Position numbers and translations under genes: made by a program. The notes under the pieces were generated by a model. The model searched no databases. It was not told the DNA's origin and saw only the letters and a program-made list of their open reading frames with translations. This document shows, in pieces, positions 22,365 through 32,526 of a stretch of DNA of 64,000 nt; the stretch's first letter is position 1, and every line of letters starts with the position of its first letter. The stretch is from Mayamaea pseudoterrestris (Eukaryota): NCBI GenBank assembly GCA_027923505.1, contig BROI01000005.1, forward strand, positions 620,001-684,000, given 5' to 3'.

Positions 22365-22631
22365 ATGCCGAAACAGACTGAGGAACAGCGCGCCGCCAAG
22401 AAGGAGGAGCGCCAGGCTGCTCGTCAGAAGGAACGTGACGCCTTTCGCAAGTCGCTCGAAGGACTCGACAAGGCAGAAGTGGAAAAGAAGCAGGCCGAGC
22501 GCCAAAAGCTACTGGCGGCGCGCAAGAAGGAACACTTGGAAAAGGTTGCCGCGCGTGACAAGAGGCGCGCCAATGGAGAAGATGTGGAGGATGAGGATGA
22601 TGACGATGACGAAGTTGATGATGAAGAGTAA
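22365..22631 (+). CDS. Small, highly charged protein (basic helix with acidic tail), function unknown
   Basis: ATG in A-rich context; coding-like codon use; K/E/R-rich helix followed by a poly-D/E tail. Confidence 0.65.
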   Translation: MPKQTEEQRAAKKEERQAARQKERDAFRKSLEGLDKAEVEKKQAERQKLLAARKKEHLEKVAARDKRRANGEDVEDEDDDDDEVDDEE

Positions 22632-23272
22632 AGATTGGATCTTGATTGACGCTGCTTCCGGATCCATGGCGACGAGATGTCAAGTATATGTTAAAAGCAA
22701 ATACTATGATTCCTTTTGAGACACTTTTTACGTCAAGTGATATTTTTAGCGTGGATCGTAAAGTCGTCGACACGGTGTGGAGATTGGATCTTATCTGTCA
22801 TATTTTCACACGCGTCCATCCCTGAAGGTGCATCGAGATCCGCTCTGCATCATCTCCTCGCGTTCGTCCATCTAAATTGATTTCAACACAGGACATGGGA
22901 TAACTTTGCTGTACTAGCAAGAAGGTGAACAGTCATGAACATTTCAATGTCAAATAGGGCTCAAGTGCTGAGTGAACATGTCGTCGTCGCGTTGCTTTAA
23001 GTCTCAATAAAGGCTGCGCTTTCGCATGAAAGACATGTACCGGTACATAATATCGAATCATGATAATATGTATGCTAACATGTGTAGATACAAGTTGCTC
23101 TAAGATTGATTGTAAACAAGGTACATAAATAAAAGGTATAGCAGGTGCCAGCAACAAATACAACGCCACGTCTGCCGACGCACATGCGTGCAACAACACT
23201 TATCCAAACATGCGCCCTTCGCTTTAAAGACATGACCAATAAACACTTGCTTCAATTCTTGTGTTTCTTTCA

Positions 23273-23896
23273 TTACGCCTCGACGCTCTTCGTCGCTTCC
23301 GTTTCATGCTGCGCCTGTTGCTGCTGTTGTTGCTGCGCCTCTACAATTTCCTGCGCCAGTTTCCGGCAGCTCGCCACCACTCGCTCCAGCATACTCACCG
23401 CATGCCGCTTGTTCTCCATGCGACTGGCAAACTGGTTGCTTTGGAGACGCAGCTCGTGATGGTTGATGCGTTTGCCAACAATGTTTCGCAGCAACTCCAA
23501 CTCCAAGTCCGTCAACTGCAAATGCTCCAAATTCACCTTGAGTGCGACTGCATGTTCCTTGGGTTGCACGTAGGGAGCGTTCATGGTGCGGCCGTAGCAA
23601 GTCGTGGTGAAGCGCAGCAACGACTCGGGCACGCCGCAGTTTAGCACGGGCGAAGGTGGTTCCTGGACTGGAGCAGTGGTTCCGAGCGACGTTTCGTTGC
23701 GCTCCATTTGGTCAAACAAGTCTTGCAGCGGTGACACGTAGGATGTTTCGTTGTTGTTTCCGTCACTCGTAGATAGGGATCGGGTGGACAAGTAGTGGCG
23801 GCGATGCGCCATGCAAGCAGGTTGATGATTCGTCCGCGTCTTGGCCATGGTTGCGGCGGTGCGGCGGACCGCAGTCGTCATTAATCGGCATGTCAT
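23273..23896 (-). CDS. MRPS35: Mitochondrial small-subunit ribosomal protein mS35-like
   Basis: R/T/A-rich presequence, then EHAVALKVNLEHLQL...LRNIVGKR.....LRLQSNQFASRMENKRHAVSML, resembling the MRP-S28/mS35 domain. Confidence 0.72.
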   Translation of the reverse strand: MTCRLMTTAVRRTAATMAKTRTNHQPACMAHRRHYLSTRSLSTSDGNNNETSYVSPLQDLFDQMERNETSLGTTAPVQEPPSPVLNCGVPESLLRFTTTCYGRTMNAPYVQPKEHAVALKVNLEHLQLTDLELELLRNIVGKRINHHELRLQSNQFASRMENKRHAVSMLERVVASCRKLAQEIVEAQQQQQQQAQHETEATKSVEA

Positions 23897-24162
23897 GTTT
23901 CAATTTTTATTTTGAATATAATATATTGGTTATCTCGATCAATTATATGCCCTCGCAAGGAGTAAAACACGTCAAGCAAGAGTGACGCTTGGAATGAGCT
24001 CTGTGATGGCCGAGCGAGTGGACGGCCGCCATTGGAATGCGTCGTATTAGTACCGCTCCGACTGTTTCATAACCGCTACGACTACGACATTTTTCTGGAA
24101 CATTCGAGATTCCGTGGGCTTCGCTGCCACCATGGCTCATTCAATGGCGTTTCAAAAACGCC

Positions 24163-25959
24163 ATGGCCGTCTCCTACACCAGCAAGTCAATACACTCGTA
24201 TTCGTTGGCAGCATTGCTGCTGCTACTGTGGTCGTCACTAAATTCGCATTGCTCTATATCATTCTTCGCTCATTCACTATCAATTAGCACTAGCAACAAC
24301 ATGCCCGGCCGCGTCGTGGTCGTTGGATCGGCCAACCAAGACTTGACCACCTACACGCCAACCTTGCCCGAGATGGGAGCCACCGTCTTGGGAGAATCGT
24401 TTGAAACATCCTGCGGCGGCAAGGGTGCCAACCAGGCGTGCGCGGCCGCTTGCCTCGGTATGGCGCCCGTGAGCATGATTCTTAAAGTTGGCAGTGGCAA
24501 GAATGAAAATAGTGACAATGAGAATAGTAGCAATGACGAAGCATCCAATAATACACCCGACGTCTTTGGCAGGAACTTGTTGCATCACTTGGAGCAAGTG
24601 GGCGTCGAGGTGGACAAGACGGCGTGCGTGGTTTCCAACGAATCATCCGGCGTTGCCGCCATTACCGTGGACACGACTTCGGGCGATAACATGATTATAG
24701 TCTCGCCCGGCGCCAACTTTTTCTTGACGCCAAATGATGTTGAAGTAGCGTTGAAGAAACTGGCGTCGGAAAAAACACCAGTTTCCGTCGTGCTGGTGCA
24801 GCTGGAGATAAGACCCGAGACGGCATTGCAGGCACTGAAAACGGGCAAGGAGCTTGGCGCCATTACCATACTAAACCCGGCACCGGCGCCGGAGGGATAT
24901 TCGCTCGACGACTTTTTGCCCTACACGGATATTTTAATTCCAAACGAAACGGAGCTGCGCGCCATTTGCGGTGAACCAGCCGACTCCGACAAAAATGAAG
25001 CGGAAATTGCGTCGCAGTTGATGAAGCAAGGCGTGGGGCGCGCCTTGGTGGTGACGCTGGGAGCGCGGGGTGTCATGACGATTGAAAAACAAAATGACAA
25101 TGACAATGACTCGCACGTGGTGAGCATGGTGGATGCACCAGATGACTTGCCGGCCCGGTCCGAGCCAATCAAGGATACGATTGGCGCGGGCGACGGCTTT
25201 TGCGGCGCCCTGTCCACCTATCTGGCCATGGGCCTATCGCTGCCAGAGGCGGCGCAAAAGGCGTGCGGCGTGGCAAGCATGTCGGTGCGACGACAAGGTG
25301 CGTCCTATCCAACGTGGGACGAGCTGCCAGACTCGTTGAAAGTTGGTGCGGGACCATCAGGAGGTTCGGCAAAGAAATTTAAAATTATATTCGTCACGGG
25401 CAACAAAAAGAAGTTGGAGGAGGTGCAACAAATACTCGGCAGTGACTTGGAGGCTAGCTATGACATTACGAGTCACAAGGTTGACTTGCCGGAGCTGCAA
25501 GGCGACCCGGTGGCAATTGCCAAGGAAAAGTGTATGATTGCCGCCAAGGAGATTGGCGGCGCATGCTTGACGGAAGACACCTCCCTTTGCTTCAATGCTT
25601 TGAATGGCATGCCGGGGCCTTACATCAAGTGGTTCCTTGAGAGCTGCGGCCACGATGGCTTGAACGCCATGCTAACTGGGTTCGACGACAATACAGCGTA
25701 TGCGCAAACTGTTGTAGCGTTTACCAAAGGACCAGGCAAGGAAGTCTATGTGTTTGACGGTAGAACGGACGGCAAGATTGTTCCGGCGCGAGGATCACTA
25801 GACTTTGGCTGGGATCCAATCTTTGAGCCGCTGGAAGGTGACGGCAAGACGTACGCGGAGATGAATAAGAGCGACAAGAATGCGATTAGCCACCGTGGCC
25901 GATCCTTTGCCAAACTCAAGACCTTTTTGCTCGATAATGCTTCAAACCACGTGAGTTAA
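24163..25959 (+). CDS. Ribokinase (PfkB family) - inosine triphosphate pyrophosphatase (Ham1/ITPA) fusion
   Basis: VVVVGSANQDL, GGKGANQA, LNPAPA, PNETE, VTLGARG, DTIGAGDGF, then linker GAGPSGGS and FVTGNKKKLEE, LPELQG, EDTSL, PGPYIKWF, FGWDPIF, SHRGRSF. Alternative start at 24301. Confidence 0.93.
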   Translation: MAVSYTSKSIHSYSLAALLLLLWSSLNSHCSISFFAHSLSISTSNNMPGRVVVVGSANQDLTTYTPTLPEMGATVLGESFETSCGGKGANQACAAACLGMAPVSMILKVGSGKNENSDNENSSNDEASNNTPDVFGRNLLHHLEQVGVEVDKTACVVSNESSGVAAITVDTTSGDNMIIVSPGANFFLTPNDVEVALKKLASEKTPVSVVLVQLEIRPETALQALKTGKELGAITILNPAPAPEGYSLDDFLPYTDILIPNETELRAICGEPADSDKNEAEIASQLMKQGVGRALVVTLGARGVMTIEKQNDNDNDSHVVSMVDAPDDLPARSEPIKDTIGAGDGFCGALSTYLAMGLSLPEAAQKACGVASMSVRRQGASYPTWDELPDSLKVGAGPSGGSAKKFKIIFVTGNKKKLEEVQQILGSDLEASYDITSHKVDLPELQGDPVAIAKEKCMIAAKEIGGACLTEDTSLCFNALNGMPGPYIKWFLESCGHDGLNAMLTGFDDNTAYAQTVVAFTKGPGKEVYVFDGRTDGKIVPARGSLDFGWDPIFEPLEGDGKTYAEMNKSDKNAISHRGRSFAKLKTFLLDNASNHVS

Positions 25960-26324
25960 TTGCTAGTATCTATTGTACTAGTAGTTGCTATCATTAATAG
26001 GAATATATTGTTCGCGACATTCTATTTCTATAAGAGATCGTGTTACAGCTTGAATGCCCACTAATTGGTTGCCGCTCAATTAATCATCGCATAGTGCAAC
26101 GAAAGAACGAATGCACCGAAAAAAGGCCAGTGCTGCTGTCACAGGATCAGCCAAGGTACCGATAGCTCACACGTAGCTGAGAACCGGGCGAAAGCTTTTC
26201 CCTCCTCCCCGCTCTTATTTTGGTCGCGTTGAGACACTCCAAAGATACGAGAGCCGCACGCAGCGTCGACTGCCATCAACTTCGACTACTCGACGAATCG
26301 TTTTGTAGCTTGGAAGTGAACAAG

Positions 26325-27572
26325 ATGAAGGTATCCCTCATTCAAATACTTTTATTATCAATCTGTGCTATTGCAAAGACTAGCGGTAACTGTGAGCTGG
26401 ACTCTATATTGCTGGCTTCGTCCCATAATGGCGTTTCCATAAGGCAAACAAGCAATCAACCATTCCATTCCAATCTTGTCGTTCCAGTTTCTTTTGCTTG
26501 CAGCAGAGCCAAAATAATCGTTCCAGATGACACTGCCGATCTTGATTCTGAAAGTGTGGATCATTCAACGTTGCTGACCCGATCTAACGTGGACAAGTTC
26601 ATCTCTCGAAAAGAACCCATTAGCCTTTTGCTCGATTTACCTCAACAAGAATCATCAGTAATACAAGACCAAGAAACTTTGTCCAACACTATATTAGATT
26701 ATTTACCAAAACTTGACAAGACAAAGACGGGAACCACCATTGTCGGAATCTACGTAGACGGCCTCGTCATTTTGGCGGCCGACACTCGCGCCACGAATGG
26801 TCGCCTCGTGGCGGACAAGCGGGCCGACAAGATTCATCGCCTCACGCCGCCAAGTGCAAATTCGACCGTAGCCTTTGCCTGCGGCGCGGGAACGAGCGCG
26901 GATCTGGACAAGGTGACGCGTCAGTGCTTGTATACAGTGTTGTTGCAACAAAAGGAGCACGAGTCTATTGGACAGGAGCAATACATGATGAATAACAACA
27001 AACATGAACGACGATGGAAGCACCATGCTTCTCCAGTAGTGTTTGAAACATTGTGCCAGTTGCTCCAGGACTCGCTGTACGAAAAAGGGGGAACATGCGG
27101 GGCCAATTTGATCGTGGGTGGAGCGTCCAACGGCAAGTGCCATCTACGAGCGATTCATCCACACGGCAGCATGGATCGCATCGACTCGTTCGCGGCGCTG
27201 GGTAGTGGCGGGCTCGCCGCCATGGCCGTGCTGGAAAATAGATACAAGAGACACATGACGAGAAATGAGGCCATTACGCTTGCGCAACGAGCCATTCAAG
27301 CAGGCATTGAGAATGATTTGGGGAGCGGCTCGCAGGTGGACGTTTGCGTGATTGACAGTAGTGGGCGCGTTGAGCAATTTGGAGCCATGGTTCCTGAAGA
27401 GGAGCTGGTCGATGTAGCTTTATCTGATGGTGGTGGTGATAGTGACCAGCCGGTTGCCAATGGAGGAGTCAATGGATTTGGTAGTCTTCCATTTGTGATT
27501 CGCTCGCGACGAGTAATACAAGTTGATCCAGAGAGTGTTGAAGACGACTGGAACCAAACACTGGGTTTGTGA
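26325..27572 (+). CDS. PSMB7: 20S proteasome beta2 (PSMB7/Pup1-like) with signal peptide and long N-terminal extension
   Basis: TKTG|TTIVGI, LAADTRAT, VADK...KIH, CGAGTSAD, LIVGG, IHPHGS, ALGSGGLAAMAVLE, AGIENDLGSGSQVDVCVI. N-terminus MKVSLIQILLLSICAIA. Confidence 0.9.
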   Translation: MKVSLIQILLLSICAIAKTSGNCELDSILLASSHNGVSIRQTSNQPFHSNLVVPVSFACSRAKIIVPDDTADLDSESVDHSTLLTRSNVDKFISRKEPISLLLDLPQQESSVIQDQETLSNTILDYLPKLDKTKTGTTIVGIYVDGLVILAADTRATNGRLVADKRADKIHRLTPPSANSTVAFACGAGTSADLDKVTRQCLYTVLLQQKEHESIGQEQYMMNNNKHERRWKHHASPVVFETLCQLLQDSLYEKGGTCGANLIVGGASNGKCHLRAIHPHGSMDRIDSFAALGSGGLAAMAVLENRYKRHMTRNEAITLAQRAIQAGIENDLGSGSQVDVCVIDSSGRVEQFGAMVPEEELVDVALSDGGGDSDQPVANGGVNGFGSLPFVIRSRRVIQVDPESVEDDWNQTLGL

Positions 27573-27856
27573 TTGCCTCTTAATATTGTTACTACCCGCA
27601 GCACAATGGTTCTTTAAGTAAAGTTACGTCGCCTGGGTCAAAACTGTACATGTCCTTTTGTTCTGAAGTGTCCAACAAGACAGATCGCAATATTATTTGA
27701 CGCAGTGTCAGCTCGGCGCTCGACGGAAGCCAAAGCTGGGCTGGACCCTCGAAGCACGTTACCGCATGATGGGTATTGTTCATCTGTCCCCGATCAGTAC
27801 GCGCCTAAAACGAGGACTATAAGACGGAGCTAACTTGTAAAAACGTTGTAACTACA

Positions 27857-29038
27857 TCACTCGTCCTTTTTAACTGTAAACTTGCTATTCGCTTTTGCCG
27901 GCGCCGGTGATCCTTTCTTGGTCAATGCGCGACTCAACGCCTTTGTAACTTTCAGCGAAAGCTCCTTGCCATCCTTTAGCGTTTGCTTTTTACCATTTAG
28001 CTTGAGCGCCTTGAGCGTGTCGTCCTTTGACTCGAAAGTGACATAGGCATTGCCTTTGCATCGCTTCGTGTCCTCAAACTGAACAAGCTTGCAGTGGGCA
28101 ACCTTTCCGCATTCTTCAAACAGTTTGATAACATCCTTTTGCTTGACATCAAACGGAAGTCCCGAGACAAACACTTTGGCATCTGGATTGTGAATGCCCT
28201 TCAAGTGCTTGGCTACTTGGTTGGATCCGGGCAAGCGCACTTTCGATGGACAGTCGTAGATCCAGTGCGCGGGCGAATGCTTGTTGTTGCAGGCCATGCA
28301 GGTATAGTCGGGTGGAAGCGGCTTGGTGCGAGCCTTTTTCTTTGGTCGGGGTTTGACTTCCTGTTCTATTGGTTCGTCTTGACCTTCATGGTCCTTTTCG
28401 TTATCACTAGCTTCCTCGTCGCCTTCATCTTGGCCATCCTCGTCACCTTCGACCTCTTCTTCATCATCACCATCCTTCGTCCCAATCACCATCATTCCCG
28501 CCAGTTCCATTTCCTCCTCTCGCTTTAGCTGCGCTTCCCTTTGGAGTCGCTCCTGCTCTTCATGAGGCGTTTCAATGGGATGTAGTCCCCTTTCGACCCG
28601 CTTGCGCATGCGCCGCAGCTGCAGCTTGGTGTAGGCAATGCCGTGCTCGTCCACCTTTGGAACTTGTTCCATTAGTTTTTGGCGCTCCAATCGTTTCAAT
28701 GCGTGTTTGGATGTCGCTTTGGAGGATTTGCTAGTGTATTGGTGCTCGGCTGGCTTGTCGTCGGGAATGATTTCCTTGTGAGCGTCGTCGTCGTCATTTG
28801 CAGCCGAATCGTCTCCTCCGTCAGCTACATCAATTGATCGTGTATCTTTCTTCTTCTTTTGCTTCTTCTCCTTCTTTTCCGTCTTCTTGTTGCTCGCAGC
28901 AGCTTCCACTGCTACATCCTGCGCCTTTTCGTCGTCCTTTGTCACGTCCGTTTCCAAAGTTGCTTCAGCATCATCATGAGTTCGCTTTCGCTTGCTTTCC
29001 TTTTTAACCTTCTTTTCCTTTTTGGATGCAGAACCCAT
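27857..29038 (-). CDS. RNA-binding protein with zinc-knuckle-like motif and RRM
   Basis: Lys-rich N-terminus; YTCMAC.....HWIYDCP; RRM KVFVSGLPF...CKGNAYVTF. Confidence 0.82.
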   Translation of the reverse strand: MGSASKKEKKVKKESKRKRTHDDAEATLETDVTKDDEKAQDVAVEAAASNKKTEKKEKKQKKKKDTRSIDVADGGDDSAANDDDDAHKEIIPDDKPAEHQYTSKSSKATSKHALKRLERQKLMEQVPKVDEHGIAYTKLQLRRMRKRVERGLHPIETPHEEQERLQREAQLKREEEMELAGMMVIGTKDGDDEEEVEGDEDGQDEGDEEASDNEKDHEGQDEPIEQEVKPRPKKKARTKPLPPDYTCMACNNKHSPAHWIYDCPSKVRLPGSNQVAKHLKGIHNPDAKVFVSGLPFDVKQKDVIKLFEECGKVAHCKLVQFEDTKRCKGNAYVTFESKDDTLKALKLNGKKQTLKDGKELSLKVTKALSRALTKKGSPAPAKANSKFTVKKDE

Positions 29039-29292
29039 AGTTGCTGTTGCTGTAATATATGTTGCGGGATCAAGGAAAAACGCGACAAAGGAGCTGCCAC
29101 GGAACAATTGCAATGGCGCAATCGATTCGGTTGGCTTTCATGCTGGAGTCATAACCAGTTGAGGTCGGACCGGTACTAAATGCGACACGTGAGCGAGACC
29201 ATTGCGAAACTGCTGCTCGCTGCTGCTGCTCCACATCACTGTCCTTTCCGTGCATCTATCTGCATATTCCCTACTACTTTATTACATTAACC

Positions 29293-32250
29293 ATGTCTCG
29301 CTATCACACTAACGACGACGACAGTGACGACGAGGGCGAAATCAGCACGCCGCCGCCCGTATTGTCGAGCTACGCCATGCTGGCCAACCAGCCGCCGCCG
29401 CAGGCCGTGACGCAGCGATTAAACGCGCAGCGATTGCAGCAGCAGAAAAACAACACTGAGAGCGAACGAGACAATTATAGTGACAGGAGGAATGAGAGCG
29501 ACAGATATAATAGTAGTAGCGGTCGATCTGGTGGTGGCGATGCGAAATGGAGCAAGTCGCGACAAGATGACTACCATCATGCTGCCAGTCATCGCTCATC
29601 CTCCTGGGACGCCCCAAGCAAGAACCAAGGCAGAAGCAACAATTACAATACACGCGGTGGTCGAGGCGGAAGATTTTCGGATGGTCGCGGTGGAAGAGGA
29701 AGAGGCCGCGGCGGGCGCGATTCTCAGTTTCGCGGCGGCGGCAATCATGACAATAATTACCAGCAGCAGCGAGACAATTCAACTACAACAAGTAGAACCT
29801 ACAGTAACATGCTGGACGATGACCAGCGCTCCAAACGATCAAGTTCTATTGCGTCCGAGCAGGAGGAACGATTGTCGTCGTTGCATGGACGAGACAATGA
29901 GCATGACGGCGTCGCAGCTGCTGGGCGTAGTCGTCATGACGCAGGTCGCTTGGCTACGAATCGAAGTAGTGGTCGCAGCAACAATACTGGACGAGGTCAA
30001 TGGATGGAGCGCGGAGGAGGACGGGGTAGGGGACGAGGAGAAGACCGCGTGGACGGTTGTGGACTTTACATTGACGGTGGTCATAGAGGCGGCGGCGGCC
30101 GCGGACGAGGGTCTTTTCGCGATGACGTTGACGAGCGACGAAATGGTCGGGGTGATTATGCTTCAAGTAGTGGAAACAATGAGAGGTTCAGCAACCGCGA
30201 TCAAGGACGTGGCGGTCGGTTCCAAGGGCGAGGAAGAGGTGCTCAAAGGGACGATGAGCGATCAAGTAGTGTTTTATCGCAAGAGGCAAATCGAGACGAT
30301 GGTTTTCGTTACAGCCACTATGGAACGGAAGACTTTAAGCGAAGTCGTTCCACTGAAGATGTGAATGATTCTGTCGAGAATCAAGCGAAACGATCCAGAT
30401 TTGGATCGGCGGCCCAGTCATTTGGGAGTGAAGGTGAAATAACTGACTTTGCCGACGTTTTAATGCAAAGTCAACCTTTAGTGCAAAATACTGCAGACAT
30501 AGATCAGTCGAACCAGCTTCCGGAGCAAGGTGATATTCACGGCGTGAGCGCGCAACCCCAAAAGGAGCTTTCACCGGTACAATCGCAACGCGAGGCTTCC
30601 AATTTCGCAGAACCTTATCATCAAAGACAGGAGCATATTGTTACGGAAACGCAAGAGCAGCTGAATACGCCTCATAGTGAGCAGCATGAAAGACAGCGGC
30701 AGCAGACGCCACCAACTGAACGGTACATGGATAGTGAGGCGCCACATGAGCCGCCAGACGAACCATCATTGGCGAGTAATGCTGACAAGCAATCATCACC
30801 CCAGCAAGAGGAACAGTTGGTTCAATCTGAACCTATTCTTGAACGTGACGAGATGATGGATCATTCACGCGACCAAGAATTTGGAGCAATTCGCGATCAA
30901 GAAGGTAGGAGCGATAGGTCGGCTGCCTCACAGCTTGCATCATATGCATCTATTGGTAGCAGTCATCCTGAAGTTGACAAGAATAGAAGCAGCCACTTTG
31001 AACGGCCTGATCCTTTCAGTCAGGACAGTCGCTTGTCGTTAGGTCACAATATTGATGATAGTCATCGTATGGAGGAAGCAACACGAAACGACAATATACG
31101 CGAACAAACGCTCTCGACTGAGCCGGTAAACGTTGGAGGAGAGCGGCGGTCGTCGTGGGCTGGTAGCGATGCACATGTGCCAACGCTTCAGCATCGACAG
31201 GATCGTTACGGTCCGGCCAGTCGTGACTTTTTTGGAGAAGGGAGATCCGGAGACAACTTGGGAAAGATGTCCCATTATGGACCTGGTGATCAAATTTCTG
31301 ACGATTTTGGTAGCCGCGGACGTGGTGGACGCGGCGCGTTTGACGGGCGGGGGCGTGGCCGAGGCATGCGAGGAAGGGGAAGGGGAGATGTTGGAGGTCG
31401 ATTTGATGGCACAGGACGTAATTTTCATGTCGAGGGTTCCGTGGCGTATGGCGGCAACAATCAATTTATTTCATCAGCTCGAGACCACAATGAAGCTGGC
31501 CACCCATCACGCCATGTAATGGGCAGAGGCGGGCGGGTTGGACGAGGCATGTATGATTCGGGAACGGGTAGAGGGCTTGCTTCACGAGCATTTGGTTTTG
31601 ATCGCACTTTTCCTCGACAAGAATCTGGTGGACGCGGGCCAGGGCGAGGAGATTCTGGTGGATATGGTCGTGGTCGTGGCGATAACCGAAGGAGTAGTTT
31701 TGGCGGGCGAGTTGACGATTTTTCCGCTGGCCGCGGCGCTCCCTATGGTCCAGCTCAGCGTCTTCCGATGTATGCGGAGCATGGATCGGATTGCAGACCG
31801 GAGTCTGATTTTACTCCACGATTCCCTGTCGAATCTCATTATTCAAGGCAGGATGGTGGCCCCTCGACAACATGCATCTCTACTTCTTATCGCGATTGTG
31901 ATGTGGCTTTGGGAAGGAACGCCATGGATGGTGTGACTGTCATTGATGTCGACGCAATCTCGCTGCCAGAGCCTGAAGTGCCTGCCACAGACCCGTCTAC
32001 TTTACCACCGGAACCAGGTCAGCCGTCAGGTCGTGTGCTAGCATTGACTCGCTTACTCGATTTGGAAACGCAAATGGAGTTTGCGTATGCCAAACACATG
32101 ATGCTTTTAAGGAAGCAGAAGCTTTTGCGAGCTCAGTACGATGTGTTGAAAGACCTACCTGTAGGTATTGACGCCATCAAGGACGATTTGGCGATTTATA
32201 AGGCAAAGCATGACGAGGCGGCTAGGCTTTACGAAGATGCTGAAGGTTGA
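29293..32250 (+). CDS. Large RGG/RG-rich low-complexity protein
   Basis: 985-aa ORF with two RGG-rich blocks, a Q/E-rich middle and a short helical C-terminal segment. Confidence 0.75.
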   Translation: MSRYHTNDDDSDDEGEISTPPPVLSSYAMLANQPPPQAVTQRLNAQRLQQQKNNTESERDNYSDRRNESDRYNSSSGRSGGGDAKWSKSRQDDYHHAASHRSSSWDAPSKNQGRSNNYNTRGGRGGRFSDGRGGRGRGRGGRDSQFRGGGNHDNNYQQQRDNSTTTSRTYSNMLDDDQRSKRSSSIASEQEERLSSLHGRDNEHDGVAAAGRSRHDAGRLATNRSSGRSNNTGRGQWMERGGGRGRGRGEDRVDGCGLYIDGGHRGGGGRGRGSFRDDVDERRNGRGDYASSSGNNERFSNRDQGRGGRFQGRGRGAQRDDERSSSVLSQEANRDDGFRYSHYGTEDFKRSRSTEDVNDSVENQAKRSRFGSAAQSFGSEGEITDFADVLMQSQPLVQNTADIDQSNQLPEQGDIHGVSAQPQKELSPVQSQREASNFAEPYHQRQEHIVTETQEQLNTPHSEQHERQRQQTPPTERYMDSEAPHEPPDEPSLASNADKQSSPQQEEQLVQSEPILERDEMMDHSRDQEFGAIRDQEGRSDRSAASQLASYASIGSSHPEVDKNRSSHFERPDPFSQDSRLSLGHNIDDSHRMEEATRNDNIREQTLSTEPVNVGGERRSSWAGSDAHVPTLQHRQDRYGPASRDFFGEGRSGDNLGKMSHYGPGDQISDDFGSRGRGGRGAFDGRGRGRGMRGRGRGDVGGRFDGTGRNFHVEGSVAYGGNNQFISSARDHNEAGHPSRHVMGRGGRVGRGMYDSGTGRGLASRAFGFDRTFPRQESGGRGPGRGDSGGYGRGRGDNRRSSFGGRVDDFSAGRGAPYGPAQRLPMYAEHGSDCRPESDFTPRFPVESHYSRQDGGPSTTCISTSYRDCDVALGRNAMDGVTVIDVDAISLPEPEVPATDPSTLPPEPGQPSGRVLALTRLLDLETQMEFAYAKHMMLLRKQKLLRAQYDVLKDLPVGIDAIKDDLAIYKAKHDEAARLYEDAEG

Positions 32251-32526
32251 TGCCATCTTTAAATCTCGCTAGTTAATACTATAAATACATCGCTTTATTG
32301 GAGAGTTGGCGTATAAGCCAAAAGTTATTATATACGTTTGTTACTCCAACGATTCTTTGAGAAGTCAGTTTATCTGAAGGACTAGAGAGCAAATGCGCGA
32401 TCGAAGCTCAAAATAAGGTACTTGTAGTGTATTGTAAACGCTAAGCTATAGTATAGTAAAGTTGTCGTAAGAGCAAGAAATAGAAGGTTACATCGCTGCA
32501 AAGTCGCAGTCGTAACGTACACCTTA

